The notes under the pieces are model-generated. The model worked only from the letters and a program-made list of their open reading frames with translations, was not told where the DNA came from and made no database searches. Shown here in pieces: positions 27,254 to 44,211 of a stretch of DNA of 64,000 nt. The first letter of the stretch is position 1, and each line of letters starts with the position of its first letter. The translations under genes were made by a program, and so were the position numbers. Origin of the DNA: the human T2T-CHM13v2.0 reference genome, Homo sapiens; NCBI RefSeq assembly GCF_009914755.1, contig NC_060926.1; one strand, 5' to 3'.

Positions 27254-28588
27254 ATTGACTTCTTTTTTCTTGTGATGCTGAGCAGGTCAAATATGGTTCT
27301 TAGCCTTGGAAATGTCAAACTCCTAATTCATCATAATAGTTAAAAGAGTCAGAAACATCAGATGCTGAAAAGAAAAATAAAAGTAAAGACACAATCTAAA
27401 AGAGAACATTAAGGTACATCTTATCACTGGTATAAACGGATTAGTCTGAAAAGGTGTTAACTGAATAATCAGTTCCACCCACTATCCTATATAGAAACTT
27501 GCATTGTGGGAAAACGAATAACAGTAATAAATCTGTCAGGCTTGCTTTTACTATTAGTCAATTCTTCAAAATCTTAGTTTTACAAAGTATTCTTTAAGGT
27601 GCTGAATTTCAGAGAGTACTGCTGTTTCCTTTGAAAATTAATGACAGAGCTTTAAAAAGTTTACGATTGGGATTGGTTGTTTTATCTCATAATCTCTTGT
27701 CATTACATATCTGAAAATGTAAAACCTTGTAAAAAATTGTTTCAATCATAAAAAGGCTCTGAAATTACCCTATACTAAAGGCCTTGAAATTACCCTACAT
27801 TATTAAACTTAGAGAATAATATTCTTAATTCTAAAGAGGAACCCCTCTCTCCTGAAGGTTTAAATAGAGTACACAGAGGCTTCACAACAGCAGACAAAGC
27901 TGGTCGCTCCATGCTGGACACAGTTAAAAAGGTAGAAGAACAGCCTCTATTTGATTCAATTGTGGAGCGGCCTCTGTATTTCTCGAATCTGGACCATGAT
28001 CAGTCGAATGAGGAAGGACTCATCCGGGTGGGGTTTATTGCATCTCACTTGCCAGATGCTGTTAGTTTGCAGTCCATAAAATTGAAGGCAAGTGTATTAT
28101 TTGTATGACTTGAGAAGACAGCCTCGGAGGTGGAATTGTGTCCATTATGCTGGAGTCAGTGTTTGTGGGGTGGATAGTGTGGTCCTGTTTATAGAGAGTT
28201 TGAAAAATTGAGGTTCTGATCAAACAGAAAGAGATGTCCATAGGGTGGCAGTAGCACACATGACTGTTGTTGGGTGAAGCTTTGACAGATTTGCCCAAAG
28301 GAGTCCCTCACAGCAGGAGACTGTCTAGAATGAAAGATGTTGGGGCTGCTACTCAGAAAAGGTGGAGAACAAGGGAAATCCTAAGGTAAAGGAACATTGG
28401 AGAAAGGCATTCTCTGTCTAGGGGTAGCCAGACAACAGCTTAATCTGGGTCTGAGATATCCAGAGGGCAGGAGTGATTTGCAATTTTCATCTCCTGGGGC
28501 TTATCTTACCTACTGCTAACAGATGTGGGTGAGGTTTCCTGTGATATGAAAAGCAAGCATTCTCTGAATGGCTAAAAATCTTCTTTCG

Positions 28589-28947
<359 letters not shown>

Positions 28948-29186
28948 TTAGAAATAGCCTGCAGTTTAGAAACACACCACATAGGGGCAGTTTGCACTGG
29001 CCATCTTTAGCTCATTTCTACAACACTGTCACACATTCTGTAAACTTTTTTCTGCCGACTGTACTTGTCCAAACAGGGAAACTCACACTGTTCTGGAGGA
29101 GATTGAGACATACAGAGGCCTGTTCTCCACCTGGACCTCAATGGAGGTTTTTCCTGACTAAAAGTGAGAGTTTGCCCCTGTGTAAG

Positions 29187-29453
<267 letters not shown>

Positions 29454-32400
29454 TCACCTACAAAGGGAGCTTCAGTCTCTGACGCTGCAGGTCCTGTGAC
29501 TAGATTCCTGGCTCCAGACACCTGAGATTGAAGCTGTCTGCATTATCTCACTAACTGAAAATTGTCACCACTGGGGCATAGATTCATGGATAAATATTCT
29601 GGTACACAGAGAGCTCAGGGAATGAAGGCTTCTTGTACGTCTATATCTTGTGCTTCTGAGAATTTCTCTCTCTAAAAACTGGAGAAAACAGAGTTGTTTA
29701 CATGTTTGACCTGGAAGGCAACATGTAACATGTTTCTGAGTCTTCAGACCCTGTTCTAACCTGCCAAATCTGAAACTGTTTCTAAACGTTTGGATTATTT
29801 GTCTTTCCTTTTGCTTAAAAAAAAATGGAAAAAAGTCCTATAAAACAACAGACTGAGCTGTGAGATTCAGTGCTGGAGTTTTCCTTCATGCATGTTAATC
29901 TTTCTGCAGAGCCCACCTCACCAAACATCAATACAAAAAGCGAAACAATAATTCCATTGCCTCCCTGGGCCTTCTGCATCTTATAAGTTCCCTCGAAATT
30001 CTCACCCTTATAGAAAGTAGGTCTCTATAAAACCACTCCTCAAAAGTAGGTTTCTAGAAAATCACAACTTGCCTGGAAGGTTATTAATTTTTTCCACCAT
30101 GTGAACATGAAAGTTGTCTTTTTGACCTTATATTAAAGCTTGGTTTAATTGAGAGGTGGAGGGTGGAGACCCCAAGAAGATTCTGGGGACGGAATCGGGA
30201 ATTTGAGCCTTTTAAACTGCAGTGGAAACTGCCTGTGATGTAAAAATTTGTATGAATATACCAAGAAGACAAATAAATTTGTTTCTTACTTTTTAATTTA
30301 GAGAGCATGGTTCACCTACAGAAAAATTAAAATTATAATTTGAGAATTTTGACATTTATTACTCATTTTATATTAATTTTAAGATCAACAAAATACTCAT
30401 ATACATTTTGAATGCAGAAATGTTAAGACCTTCAGGAAAAAATCAGAGACAAAATCAAATCACTTAATTTATAAAATCAACAGAAATTCTCTTTTAGCCT
30501 CTTCCTGTCAACTCCTGTTCATAAAAATCTAAAGTTCAGAATAAGAAAGAGGCAGGGGCTGAACAAATTACCTGGTGTTCATTCCTTGTTATAACAACAA
30601 TAATGGTAATAATAACAATAACTGCACAGCCTCTACATGGACACCTGGAAATGGTGACTCTGCCTTATGGAAGCAGCAGCTTCATGTCATAGTGGTAAAT
30701 TTCACTTTTACTGGTCCTTTCTTGGCCAGGAGTCAACGATCACCCAAAGTTCACATGCGCTATGAAGCATTAACTGTGCTCAAATTTCAGTACTTCTCCA
30801 AATTTGTTTTTCTAAAATATATCCTAGCAAGAAAAGAATGCAAGATCAGTAATAAAATAAAGTTAAATAAAATAAATTTTAATCTCCTAGAAGCAGTCAG
30901 GGCATGAAATTATAAAGTGTAACAAAGGACTATAGATATGACTGTGTCTTAGAGACTTACTTTACCAGCTCTTACTCCTATTTAATGTTCTTACCCTAGA
31001 AAATGAAGAATATCGTCAACCTAGAAAATGACTTTTTGTATTGTGAAATCCTAGCAGTCCTAGGTAGAATTTAAAGCCTAATATGAGAATCTCTGTTATC
31101 CGCTTATCCCAGAAAATCTGATTGCACAAAAAGTGTCTATATTTAGCACATTAAAACAGAAAACCTATTGATCCTGTGGAATACTGTAGCAAATATGTGC
31201 AAGTTTATGATACTCATGAATAGACCTTTAAACTTGAGCAACATCTTTTGTTTCCAGGTTGATGCTAAGGTATTAAATTTCAGTAAAAGTAATTTGTCTT
31301 GAGCTCAAACTAGCTTATAATATTTGTCATTACATACAGTTCAGCTTATTCAGAACTGGTAAGAAAATATGACATCATGAGAAAACTGTTATTAAATTTG
31401 CCCCAATATTAATATTTGCAGAGAGACTGAGAGGCATGATTTGCACAACCGTATTCAAGATATTAAAATGTTTAATGGAATAGGCAAATCCATAAAAGAA
31501 ATAAAAACTTTAGACCAGGTTTAATATACTTATCGAGAATTTGACTTGTGTAGCCTACTGAGTTATTGACAGAAGGACTGGGTAAGAGTTGGTGCAGTAG
31601 AAGTCAGGACATCACAGTGTCAACTTTTACCCCTTCCTCATTAGAAAGCCAGGCCAGAAACTGCCCTGACACAAGGAAAATTATCAGAAAATTCCTGGAG
31701 AACTCTTTGTGACTGCCTGGTCATACTCTGGCTATGGTTGGGAGGCTGACCTCTCCCAGCTGGTATTGCACTGCAGCTCATATTTCTGGGTACTCAGCTC
31801 TATAGCTGCCATCAAATGGCATTAAATGGTTTACCCAAATCAATAAGGTTACGATAGTATGTGCTTCATAAACTTGGAGAGAATCAGAGTTCCTGATGAT
31901 AGGTATATGTATTCCATTCCATTCTGTTTCATGAGAGTCTTTATTTAAAAAAATGAAGGAAGCTCACAGCGGCCTTTTTGGAATCTAGAGGCAACAGATT
32001 CTACACCGTGGAATACTGGTCATGTCACCATCCAGGTGACATGGAAGTCTTCCCAGCCTTTAGTGGAGACCCAGGGCAGAAAAGGGCTCTGCAGCAGCTC
32101 CAGCCTGCACTGTAGGCAACAGTGTCTCTTGGGCCCATGCAGATACAGATGACTTGCCAAAGCCATCAACCATGTGGGTAGGATTGACACTGAGAGAACA
32201 CTCTGCCACAACAGCAGACTCCATAGCCATTTTAAAACATTAGCTAAGAGAGATCATGCTTTGGGCCACAAGTTATTTCAAAGAAATTAAATGGATTTAA
32301 ATCATATAAAATAAAGTTTCAGAAGCCAAGGGAAATTTATTAGGAATCAATGACAGAAAGCTATCAGAAAAAAATCTCAATATTTTAAAACTATGTAACA

Positions 32401-33331
32401 TACTACTAAATAAAGCCTGGGACAAAGATGAAACCAAGAGATGGACATTTCAAAGCAATCTGAAGTGAAAGAAAACACATATCAAAAGTTGTGGGATGCA
32501 AGAAGACATTTAATTTATAACACCGAATTTCTAGAAATATTCATGCATTTTAGCAAATAAATTTTCAAACCGATCCCCTGAGCTGCCACCCTGACATACA
32601 AGTACAAGAAGAGCAAATTGTGCTCAAAATACTTTATTCTTAAAAATGTGGGCATGTGATGAGCACATGTCTAGTATTGCAGCAAGGAAATCACATCAGC
32701 CTGGAAATAAAAACCCACATTAGCAGCTTCACAGGAGAAAGTGGATGGGCAGAGTAAGTAAGTGTGCAGAGAAAATTGGAAGAAGATAGGAAAAGTGAAA
32801 ATAGGAATTGTGTGTAATATTAATACAGGCTATGCATGTGTGAGACTCCTGTGAGCTTTGACTTGCTCAAAAGCAAAAATCATGCAGTGCAGACAACTTT
32901 CAATCCTCAGAGTGTTGGTGAGAGTGAGGTCATTTGGCAAAGGGAGGACAAAGTGCCCCGAAGGTCATCAGAGGCAGCAGGTGAGGTCACGACCCACCAG
33001 GATCCCGTCCCAGTGACGTGAACGAGCATCCCTGAAGCCATGAGGGCAGCAGGGAACTTCATGGTTGCTCCAGAGAGGACATGGCAGCCACTCCCTGGAG
33101 AGTCTGTGGGGCCTGAACACCCTAAGTTGGGAGGAAGGAAGAGGCTCTGGGAGGCTTCCTGGGGGCCCTGGCCCTGTTCGCACAGAAGTAGAGCCCATGC
33201 CTGTAAGTGAGGACTCATGACCTCCTCTTCAAAGGCTCTCCAGCCATCTTCACCTGAGCCCATCTGCTGTGGACTCCATCTCTGGGCGCTGCAGTTGCTG
33301 GTGCTGCACTGAGAGGCTGAGCCTCCTAGGG

Positions 33332-33430
33332 AGGCTGCGTTTGAGGCCCTCGGGCTGTGCAGGGTCCTGGTGAGTTTTCTGCTCACAGGAGAACGTGCAG
33401 CATCTCCAGGCTCCAAACTGGTGCCTGTGA
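33332..33430 (-). pseudogene. V-kappa relic B2: FR3-CDR3 remnant with decayed RSS (paralog of B1)
   Basis: TSLEPGDAA / SCEQKTHQDP then CACAGCC-CGAGGGCCTCAA-ACGCAGCCT; flank 33180-33330 is similar to 19230-19380. Confidence 0.65.
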
Positions 33431-34495
33431 TGAAGAAATGAATAAAATTTTGATTGTATGTGTGTCCTTACTTTTTGGTATGTGTAAAAATATACTCTGG
33501 AGACTTGTTATTAATTTTGTCTTATACACCACTTGCTATAAACCAAATTTTTACTGTATATGTTGTCTGTCTGGTTAAAACTACAGATTTAATTATGCTT
33601 GTCATGGAATACATTATCTTTAATAGAAAATTATCTCGAATGTAACATATTTCTTTAATCTAAATCTGGATTACTTTATCCTGTTGATTGCAACATTGTT
33701 TTACTTTAGTCATACCACACTATAGGACGTAAATCACAGGCTCATTACTAATTCACAAATATTCATAGAGAACTATTTTAAATTGACTCTATGGAAAGCA
33801 TACATTTTTTATATCACTATTGTTAGAATGTGGGAATCAGGTTTATGTCCAAGTACTGACAAGGTACAGTGAAAATAATACATTAATTTATTGTTTAAAA
33901 ATGTTTTACTTTTTTTGACTAAATAGTACCAACATAGTCACTTCTAAAACTTTATTTGTGTTTAAAAAAAAATGAAGGGAATCTTCATTCCCAGGTACAG
34001 CAATGTAGATAGAAGTGGAAAGGCCAAAACAACCACTGCAAAAGGTACAAACCATTTAAAACAATAGAATACCAAAGTTAGAATTAAATGACTTTAGAAA
34101 GTAGTGGAAGGAATAAGGAATGAATGATCTAAAATTCCATAGTAAAAAGAACCTTTCATTGTTGAGCTGATGCTCACCTGACTTTTTGTCCTTCTGCCAT
34201 AGCCGCCAAGTTTGCCTGTGGAAACAAGCTCTGACTTGGTACAGGCAGAGGAGCTCTCCTGGGAAAGGAGAATCCAGCTGAGCCTTGGGGGTTGCACAGG
34301 GCAGCCTCTATAAGTGGCCCGTGCTTTCCATGGGACACATGTTGAGGTCTGAGTCAGCAGGCAGGGATGGAGGTGCTGGGCTACAAGGACATAAAACTTC
34401 CACAGATTCAGCATGCTCCCCCAATCCCCAAGGCTACACAGATACATGTATCCCGAATACATGTCTGAATCATGGACACTGGTCTCCATCCCCAC

Positions 34496-34511
34496 TGCGC
34501 CCCCTGCTGGT
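34496..34511 (-). promoter_or_regulatory. CTCF-binding motif
   Basis: Minus strand ACCAGCAGGGGGCGCA matches the CTCF core CCASYAGRKGGCRS. Confidence 0.75.
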
Positions 34512-35758
34512 GTAGACCCTGCTGGGCCTTCTGCTCAGCATGTCAGTGCTTGTGACATCTCCAGACCCAACCAGCAGTCTCTAGGGACAGAATGAGTTTC
34601 AGATGCTCTGTTTGGCTGTGTGGGGTTGACAAGATATGAGTGACATGACCTCAGGTCTCCTTGCACAGGGATTTCACTAAGCCTTTGGTGATTACAGATC
34701 TAAAACCCTTCCCAAAGCATTATTTTCCCAGAAAATTCGCAGTGATGCAGGCTCCACCCAGGAAGCCAGGTAGTGGTGCCTTCAACTCTGTGATTCTTCA
34801 CAAGAAACACATCAGGCCTCCTGGGTCCACATCATGAACTGCCAACTCCACCACCATCCACATCCCTACCTACCAAAGGCCAAGGGTAGTTTAATTGAAG
34901 CTGACCTCTCCTGGGTTTCCTTCATGCTTTCATCCCTAATGTCTGCCCAATCTTAAATTCTTAACATTTGGAAATAAAAACGTTCACATCATTCTGTACT
35001 TTTCCAGTTTTCTATGGGAAAAATTATATACTCTACATTTTCCAGTATATGCTTTTTATTTTTGAAAACAACTTCTGGAATTTCAGGTACTCCTTTTTTC
35101 TATCATTAAGAGGTAACTAAGGCTAACTAAACAGTTTTAGCATTAGGATCTTGTATCTTCTATGAATTTACAAAAATCTATTTGATACTCCAAAATCAAG
35201 ATTTTTACTGACTGTCCTCAGCCAGCTTCCGCTTAGGATAACTGGTATAGAATGCTGTCTCTACTCTATTTTGGGAGTGGGAGAAAAGGGGAAGCAGGAA
35301 GTTAGAAAACTGGCAAAATACCAACATTAAATATTATCAAATGTCCTCTGAACAATATGCCAAAAACTGCTAAACCCAAAGATGTATCCAACATGGATAG
35401 TCACAATCTGTGTCAATGGCCTGGCTGCTCTGCTAATTACATTTAATTAACAAATGGACACAAGGTAGGGAGAGTTAGGGTGAGCTTTCATTCTCCTCCC
35501 CCTTCCATCTTGCTTGTTTACTCACAGGGCACTTGGACCCCTCATTCTCCTGCTGCTTATGACAGTCAAGGTGGTGGCAACTGGCAGGGCATAAAGGAGT
35601 GGTGCCTGAGGTGTGGCTGGGCTCTCAAAGTCCAGAGTCCTCAGATGTGAATTGTTCCCTGGTTCTCCAGCATCTTCCTCTTACACAGATTCTGAGACCC
35701 TGCTGAGCTGCTCCCCAGACAAGCACCACATGTGGGCAGCTGGGCCACTCCACAGGGA

Positions 35759-36574
<816 letters not shown>

Positions 36575-36626
36575 TGTGAGAAGGTGAACTGAGGAGTCCT
36601 GATCAGTCAAGGCAAGGGTAGAGCTG

Positions 36627-36686
36627 AGCTTTTATCTCAGACTCACAAGGAAAGTCTTCACTAAGGGATAATATGCAAATCACCTG
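36627..36686 (-). promoter_or_regulatory. IGKV2-30 promoter (TATA-like, octamer, E-box)
   Basis: ATGCAAAT at 36673-36680 followed by CACCTG. Confidence 0.85.
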
Positions 36687-37289
36687 GTGGGTGCAGTGGG
36701 GTGGAAAGAGCCAAGGGGAGGGTAGGAGCCTCTCTTGTGAGCAAAATGACTTAAATATCTTCTCTGTTTGGAGGGAAACGAATAGGCATAAAATCTATGC
36801 TGTCTATGTTGGAGAAATTTAAGTATTTCCTTCTGTCTTCCCTAACAGATTTCTTGTTTCATAGTACTCTCCCAGGCACATTTTATACTTCTTGTTAATA
36901 AGGCCATGTTTCCACAAATATTTACTAATTCTTATGTTTTTGTTCATTTTTGTTTAAAAGAGTTCAGATTTGGCCCTTTCAATTTTTTAAAAATTTAAAT
37001 AAAACACACACAAAGTAAAAGACAGAAATGTTAAAAAGTGCAACCGAATAAAGTTTTACATATATTCTCCACCGAGATTAAACTGTAGAATACTGCAGAA
37101 TCTCCAGATTCTTCCCTCATGTACCTACCTTTCAGGAAACAGCTGTTTCCCCATCCCAATCAAGGAAACTGGCATTCTGACATCTGTCCAAATAGATTGG
37201 CTTTCCCTATACGAAACCTCATATAAACGGAAGTAAACATGTTGGTTTGGTCTAGCTCTTTTTTTGTTCCCTTAGTACTTTTGAGGCCT

Positions 37290-38350
37290 TCCTTCCTCCT
37301 TACAGATTCAAGTTACTGTCTGCTGTCATTTTTTGTGAATCTGAAGAATTTCCTAGATAAATTGTTATACAGCATGTCTTTAAGTAATTATTTCTCTTCA
37401 TTTTTGTTTATCAAGAAATGTTTTTACTTTACTTTTATTTTGAATGCATACTTTCACTGGATATTGAATCCTAGGTTTTGTTTTGTTTTGTTTCCCTGCA
37501 TTTACATATGTCATTCCGCTGTTTTCTAGCCTCCTTTGGGCACGATGAAAAGTTAGCTGATGGCTTTATCACTGTATTTCTGTATATAGAGAGTCATTTT
37601 ATTTTTGTGCATTTGCGATTTCCTCCTTGTCGCTGGTTCAGCATTTTAATTATAATATGTATAGTTATGTGTATCATTGTGTTTGTCCTGAATAAGTTCT
37701 TTCAATTTCTTTTATCTATAGACGAATGAGTTTCATTGCTTCTTGAAAGCTTTTGTCATCCCTCCAAAATTTTTTTGGCCACTTTCTCTGTCTTCTCCTT
37801 TCTGACTCATTGCATATTTCTGGTCTTCTTCACATTGACTTGTAAACCTCTAAGGTCATGATTATTTTTCTTTAGTCATTTTCTTTCTTTTTCAGATTAG
37901 ATCATTTCTACTAAATTGTCTTCAGGCTCATTGATGCTTCTGCCAACTTAAACTCCTGTTGCCCTATCTAGTGAATTTTCCATACTGTTTTTATAGTTTT
38001 CATCTAGAATTCCTATTTGTTCCTTTCCCATAGTTTCCCTTTCTCTGTTGAGAGTTCTCATTCTTTGAGTAATTGTCTTTATATTTTCCTTTTTCAGTCC
38101 TTGCTCATAGTTTTGAATATTCTTTGAAGCATTTATGTGACAACCACTTAAAACTCTTAGCAAAATCCAGTATTTAGGAACAGTCAAGAGTCAGCTTCCA
38201 CTGACTGATTTATCTCAATATGGTTTATGATTTTCTCTTTCTTTTCAGGAATTTTAATGGAAAAATGCCGGTTGATAATATATTTTTTATGTCTCACAAA
38301 TAATATATAATTCTGCATTCTGTTTTATTTTTCTAAGATTGTTGAATTTC
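37290..38350 (-). mobile_element. Old L1M fragment
   Basis: T-rich sequence with L1 ORF1-like antisense translation; boundaries approximate. Confidence 0.5.
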
Positions 38351-39005
38351 CTCTTAATTGACTGGTCTTATGCTGCAGAATCTATCCCTTACTAGCTGTT
38401 TGGCGATTGATATTTCTGATTTTTTTCATTTTAAGTTTTAGCCAGAAGCCCTACCTGTGTCTGCACAGTTTGGTAATCACCAGTAACTTAGGCATTTGTG
38501 TTGCTCAAACTCCTTGACCTCAATAATCTACTTTCTGCCAATGTATATGTGTGTGGCTTGAAGCGTGCCCATAAAAGACACCTCCTTCACTTTTATTCAC
38601 TGGGCCCACTTGGGTCTCTGTCACTCAAATATGCAATTTCTAAGTCACATCTGCTCATTCTAAGAATGTGTGCAGGGATGATCTCTATAATTCTATGACT
38701 CCATGGTTTCCAGTAATCCATTATCAAGTTTTAGCTGGTGTACCAGTCTCCCAGGGTCATCACCTTGGACTTGCAAAACTCTGGGCCTTTTCTGGGCATT
38801 TCCTGCAGAGTTCAGCACCATTAGCTGAAAACACTGAAGGATCTTGTTCTACTCTCCAACCCAGCTCAAGTCAATCCCGTTTGGCAACAAGCTTCCAGTT
38901 GTTGCTGCCATTTCAGCTGGTAAAACTACAGTTCTAAAATTCTTGTTGACGAAGCTTGGGTGAAAAAAAGCAGTTCCAGGCAAAAGGCCATAGACTTTTC
39001 CTATC

Positions 39006-39457
39006 TGTTAGTCCGAGGTGCACCATTTTGTAAGCCCCCCTGCCATTTTGTAGACCTTGGTTAAAGTGAAACATTACACGGGGGGTTGGAACTGTGAGAA
39101 ACATCCTGCCTAACCACGTGAATACAGGAACATCCCTATCGTCTTCTGCTGGACAGTGGGCCCAAGAAACATTCTTATCACGCCCCGCTGGGCAAAAGGC
39201 CCAAGGAACATCCTTGGCAAAACCGCCTGACCACAGGAACATGTTATCAACGTCCTGCCGGGCAGCAAGTAATACCGTCTAGACCCCTCCCGCCCATACC
39301 TATAAGTACCCCAGCCTGTAAGCGGCAGCGGGTTCTGGTATTAAGCTAGTCCCCCACCTCCACAGTCTTGTGCTGGACATAAAACCTGCTTTGCTGTAGA
39401 GCCGCCAACTCTCTCTCTGTCTTTCTTTAACCCTTCCCTTCCCTTCAAAACCTAACA
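39006..39457 (+). mobile_element. Solo LTR (~450 bp)
   Basis: Terminal inverted TGTTAG...CTAACA, TATA-like tataag, 5-bp flanks CTATC/CTGTC (imperfect TSD). Confidence 0.75.
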
Positions 39458-39493
39458 CTGTCCTTACCCAAAGCTCTCATCCTTTTCAAGATA

Positions 39494-39852
39494 CAGCCAT
39501 ATCTCCTTTTATTGTGTTTTGCTTTACTGTGCTTTATAGATACTGAGATTTTTACCAATTGAAGGTTTGTGGCAACTCTGCCTCAGGTAACTCTTTTGGT
39601 GCCGTTTTTCCAGTGGTAGGTTCTTACTTCCTGTCTCTATGTCAGTATTGCTCAGCAATAGTTTTAAAAAATTAAGGTATGTACATTTTTTAGGCATAAC
39701 ACTATTGTACATTTAACCGAATACAAGATAGTGTCAACATAACTTTTATATGCACTGGAAAACCAAAAAATGAGTGTGACTCCCTTTATGATAATAGTCA
39801 TTTTATTGCAGTGATTGGAAACTAGACCAGCAATATCTCTGAGGTATGCCTA
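39494..39852. mobile_element. Internally deleted Tigger1-like DNA transposon
   Basis: TIR-like cagccatatctcc... / ...ctgaggtatgcc, TA flanks, ttgaaggtttgtggcaac motif. Confidence 0.7.
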
Positions 39853-41319
39853 TAAACATGTCTCAATTTCTTTGATGTCTTTGGCAATTTCCAGAGCAGC
39901 CACAGTGACGAGGTCTGGAGCGAGGGTGCACTTGCAGTGATGGTGGGTCTGGGGCTGGGCATGGGCTAGTCCACATAAAGGTGGCTTACTGTCTGAGTTG
40001 CCAGGGCAGGGTGAGACCCGGAGGCCTGGGTCTGGGGCAGTGCAGAGGGTAAGGTTGATGCCAAGGGGCTGGGAGGTAGCCCTGTCACAGGAGAGAAAAC
40101 AATGGCTCCTCACTGCGGAGTGCGTATAGCAGCATCTCCCTCTCTGGGGAGTGTGCGACTATGGCTGCAGGTAACTGTCCAGGCAAAAGCACCAGTGGCC
40201 CCTGTGGAGCAGGCTGCTGTGATCCTCGACAAGAAATATTAAAGGGCCTCCACTGGGAAAGCTGAATGGTGGGGGATTGCCTGGGTGGCTGCTGAGGTTA
40301 TCAGCAGCAAAGGCTGCAGGGTCCTGCCACAGAGCAGGCTATGGGGCCCACAGTGGCACCACCGTTGGCTGATAACAATTGCTTCCCCTTTCTTTGTTCC
40401 TAGAGGTATCAGGGCTCTCAGGTGTGCCATCAGCTTCCAGCCATCCTTTGCGTGTGCTTATTCTTGGCTTTTTACTCTATCATGTTGCTGCATGTTTGTA
40501 ATTGAACTCTTCAGCCCTCCCAGGGTATTGGCCTTCTTGGATAACTGACTAATTGCTGGGTTTTGTGAGGGCTGAAGCCTGGTATCTCTTACTCTGCTAT
40601 CTTGCTAACATCAGTCCCCAGGACATCATTTTGGTGATGATATTTTGAATTTTGCCCTGACACTATTATGGAATAATACTTAGACTTGATGGGGTGAGAA
40701 TTAGAGCATTTAACATGTAAGAGGGATATGAATTGTTTGGGCCACAGGGTTGACTGATGCCAGTTATATCCTTCAAGATGGCTGTCACAAGGCCTACCAT
40801 TCTACAGGTTCCTCTAAAAGTGTGATCTCTGGGTGGGGTTTCCACGATGCCATATGCCTATCTCCCCCCACAGTTAATCAGAATTCTGAATCTCATATTC
40901 TTTATAATTTGACTTTCCTCTCTGTTAATTTCTTCTATATGTATTCATCAAATAATATTTTTAATTTATTTGTTTAAAACCCTATAAGAAGGAATTCATA
41001 CAAATAAAACCTAATTCATGAATCTTTGTCTTTGTGCCTAGTGCTTTGTGTGTTCTCTTTAAGAAATTTATTTCTGCACCTGTTTATGATATATGTTTTT
41101 ATGCTCTTTACTAAAAGCTTTATTATTTTGCCTTCATATTTCATTTTATGATTCATTTAGAGTTGATATTTATATAATATAGAGGTGAAATATAGAGGTC
41201 AGGATTCATTTTGATGTAATATAGATATCTTATTGATCCAATACAGTTCACTTATTATATATTTTTCTACTGATCACTGCTCTGGTCTGAATGTCTGCAT
41301 CTCATCCAAGATTCCTGTT

Positions 41320-41600
41320 TACCCCATGCAACAGGATTACAAAGTGGGGCCTTTGGGAGCTGATTATTCATGAGGATTCCACCCCGGTGAATGGGATGAA
41401 CGCCCAATAAAAGTGGCTTCACACAGAATTTGTCTCTTTTGCCCTTCCACCTCCACAACGTGAGGACACAGCCACAAGCCACCATCTTGGAAGCTGGAGC
41501 AGCCCTCATGGTACAAAAAGATTGCCAGTGCCTTGACCTTGGACTTCCCAGCCTTCAGAACTGTGAGAAAGTACATGTCTCTTGTTTTAAATTACCTGAC
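41320..41600 (+). mobile_element. MLT1-like LTR
   Basis: gccaccatcttggaagc...ttggacttcccagccttcagaactgtgagaaa. Confidence 0.7.
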
Positions 41601-41640
41601 CAAGATATTTTTCTCTTTCAGTATGCATCATCTATGGTAA

Positions 41641-42708
<1,068 letters not shown>

Positions 42709-42769
42709 CGACCTGTTATTCTTATGCAAGATTCCAATGGCTATTTTTGTCCTTTTTAAATGCATGTGT

Positions 42770-42902
42770 GATATGTATGTATCTATATATATACACACAC
42801 ACTCTCTATATATATATTATACACATACATATCACTATATATATACATACACCATATATAGTGTGTGTGTATATATATATATATATAGTGCGTGGTATGT
42901 GA

Positions 42903-42933
<31 letters not shown>

Positions 42934-42945
42934 CTATATATATAT
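42770..42945. repeat. (TA)n/(CA)n low-complexity tract
   Basis: Alternating TA/CA/TG dinucleotide runs. Confidence 0.85.
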
Positions 42946-43199
42946 GAAACATCATTTCAATTTCACAAAAGTCCTCTGGGATTTTAATTGTCACTGTATT
43001 GAATTAATTAAGGGAGAATTATGTTACTCACAATATTAAGTTTTATAATGCATGAATGTGGTATAAACTTCTATTTATTGAAGTCTCCATTGTTTTCTCT
43101 CAATAACTAAGCAGCCACCATAGTAGCTTCCCATAAGTAAACAGAAGGCTTGAGGAAAAAACACCAGCTGTCTTGTGGAGGTTTGGTTTCCTGTGGAAT

Positions 43200-43746
43200 C
43201 ACTGTGGAATACCCACCACTATGCTGATAACAGTGTTAAAGTGCAAAATCTTCATGCTCCAGCCTGCTGATAATGAGACTGAAGTTTTCCCCGAACCCAC
43301 TGCCACTCCACCAGGCTGGGACATTGGTGGTCCTGGTGGATGCACCATGGATGAGGAGCCTGAGAGCCTGTCCAGGTTTCCACTGATACCCTGCTAAGGA
43401 GCTGCTAATAGTCTACTTGGCTCTGTAGGTGAGGGTGGCTTTTTCCCCTAGAGATAAAGACAGGGAGGCTGGAGACTGTCATCACAAGTTCTCTGGTGGT
43501 ATCTGAAATTGGAATAAAAACAGAAATGTCACACACGTACACTACATCATACCTATTGTCTTCCCAGTGCATCCAGGACCATTGATCTACATTGAGCTTT
43601 AATCATTGTGCCTTCCCAGCAGGTGTGCCAGGTAACAGGACTCAACAAGGTTGAGAAAGTTTCACTGACATGCAGAACCATCCGGTGTTTCCTGCACCTG
43701 GGAGCCAGAGTAACAAGAATCAAAGCAGCTGAGCTGCAGCTTCCAT
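43200..43746 (-). pseudogene. IGKV3-31: Ig kappa V pseudogene, subgroup 3 (L-part1 43698-43746; V exon from 43502; heptamer 43200-43206)
   Basis: Leader ATGGAAGCTGCAGCTCAG with TGA; DTTR-ELVMT then frameshift; first Cys to Tyr, Trp lost, TAG/TAA stops; CACAGTG with degenerate nonamer; name from position between 2-30 and 1-32. Confidence 0.85.
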
Positions 43747-43890
43747 GGTTCCCTCTGGGTCCTAACTGAGCTGCTCTTTCACAGACCTACCCCCACGGAT
43801 TGATATGGGCTCTGGACAGCAGGGTGGCTGGGAGAGACATGCATAACAGCCACAGATGGCGCTGGGCTTCGAAACTGCAGAGACCACCTG

Positions 43891-44211
<321 letters not shown>

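Noticed and set aside
43849-43864. CTCF-like gccacagatggcgc upstream of IGKV3-31
   Set aside because: The 5' half of the motif has several mismatches
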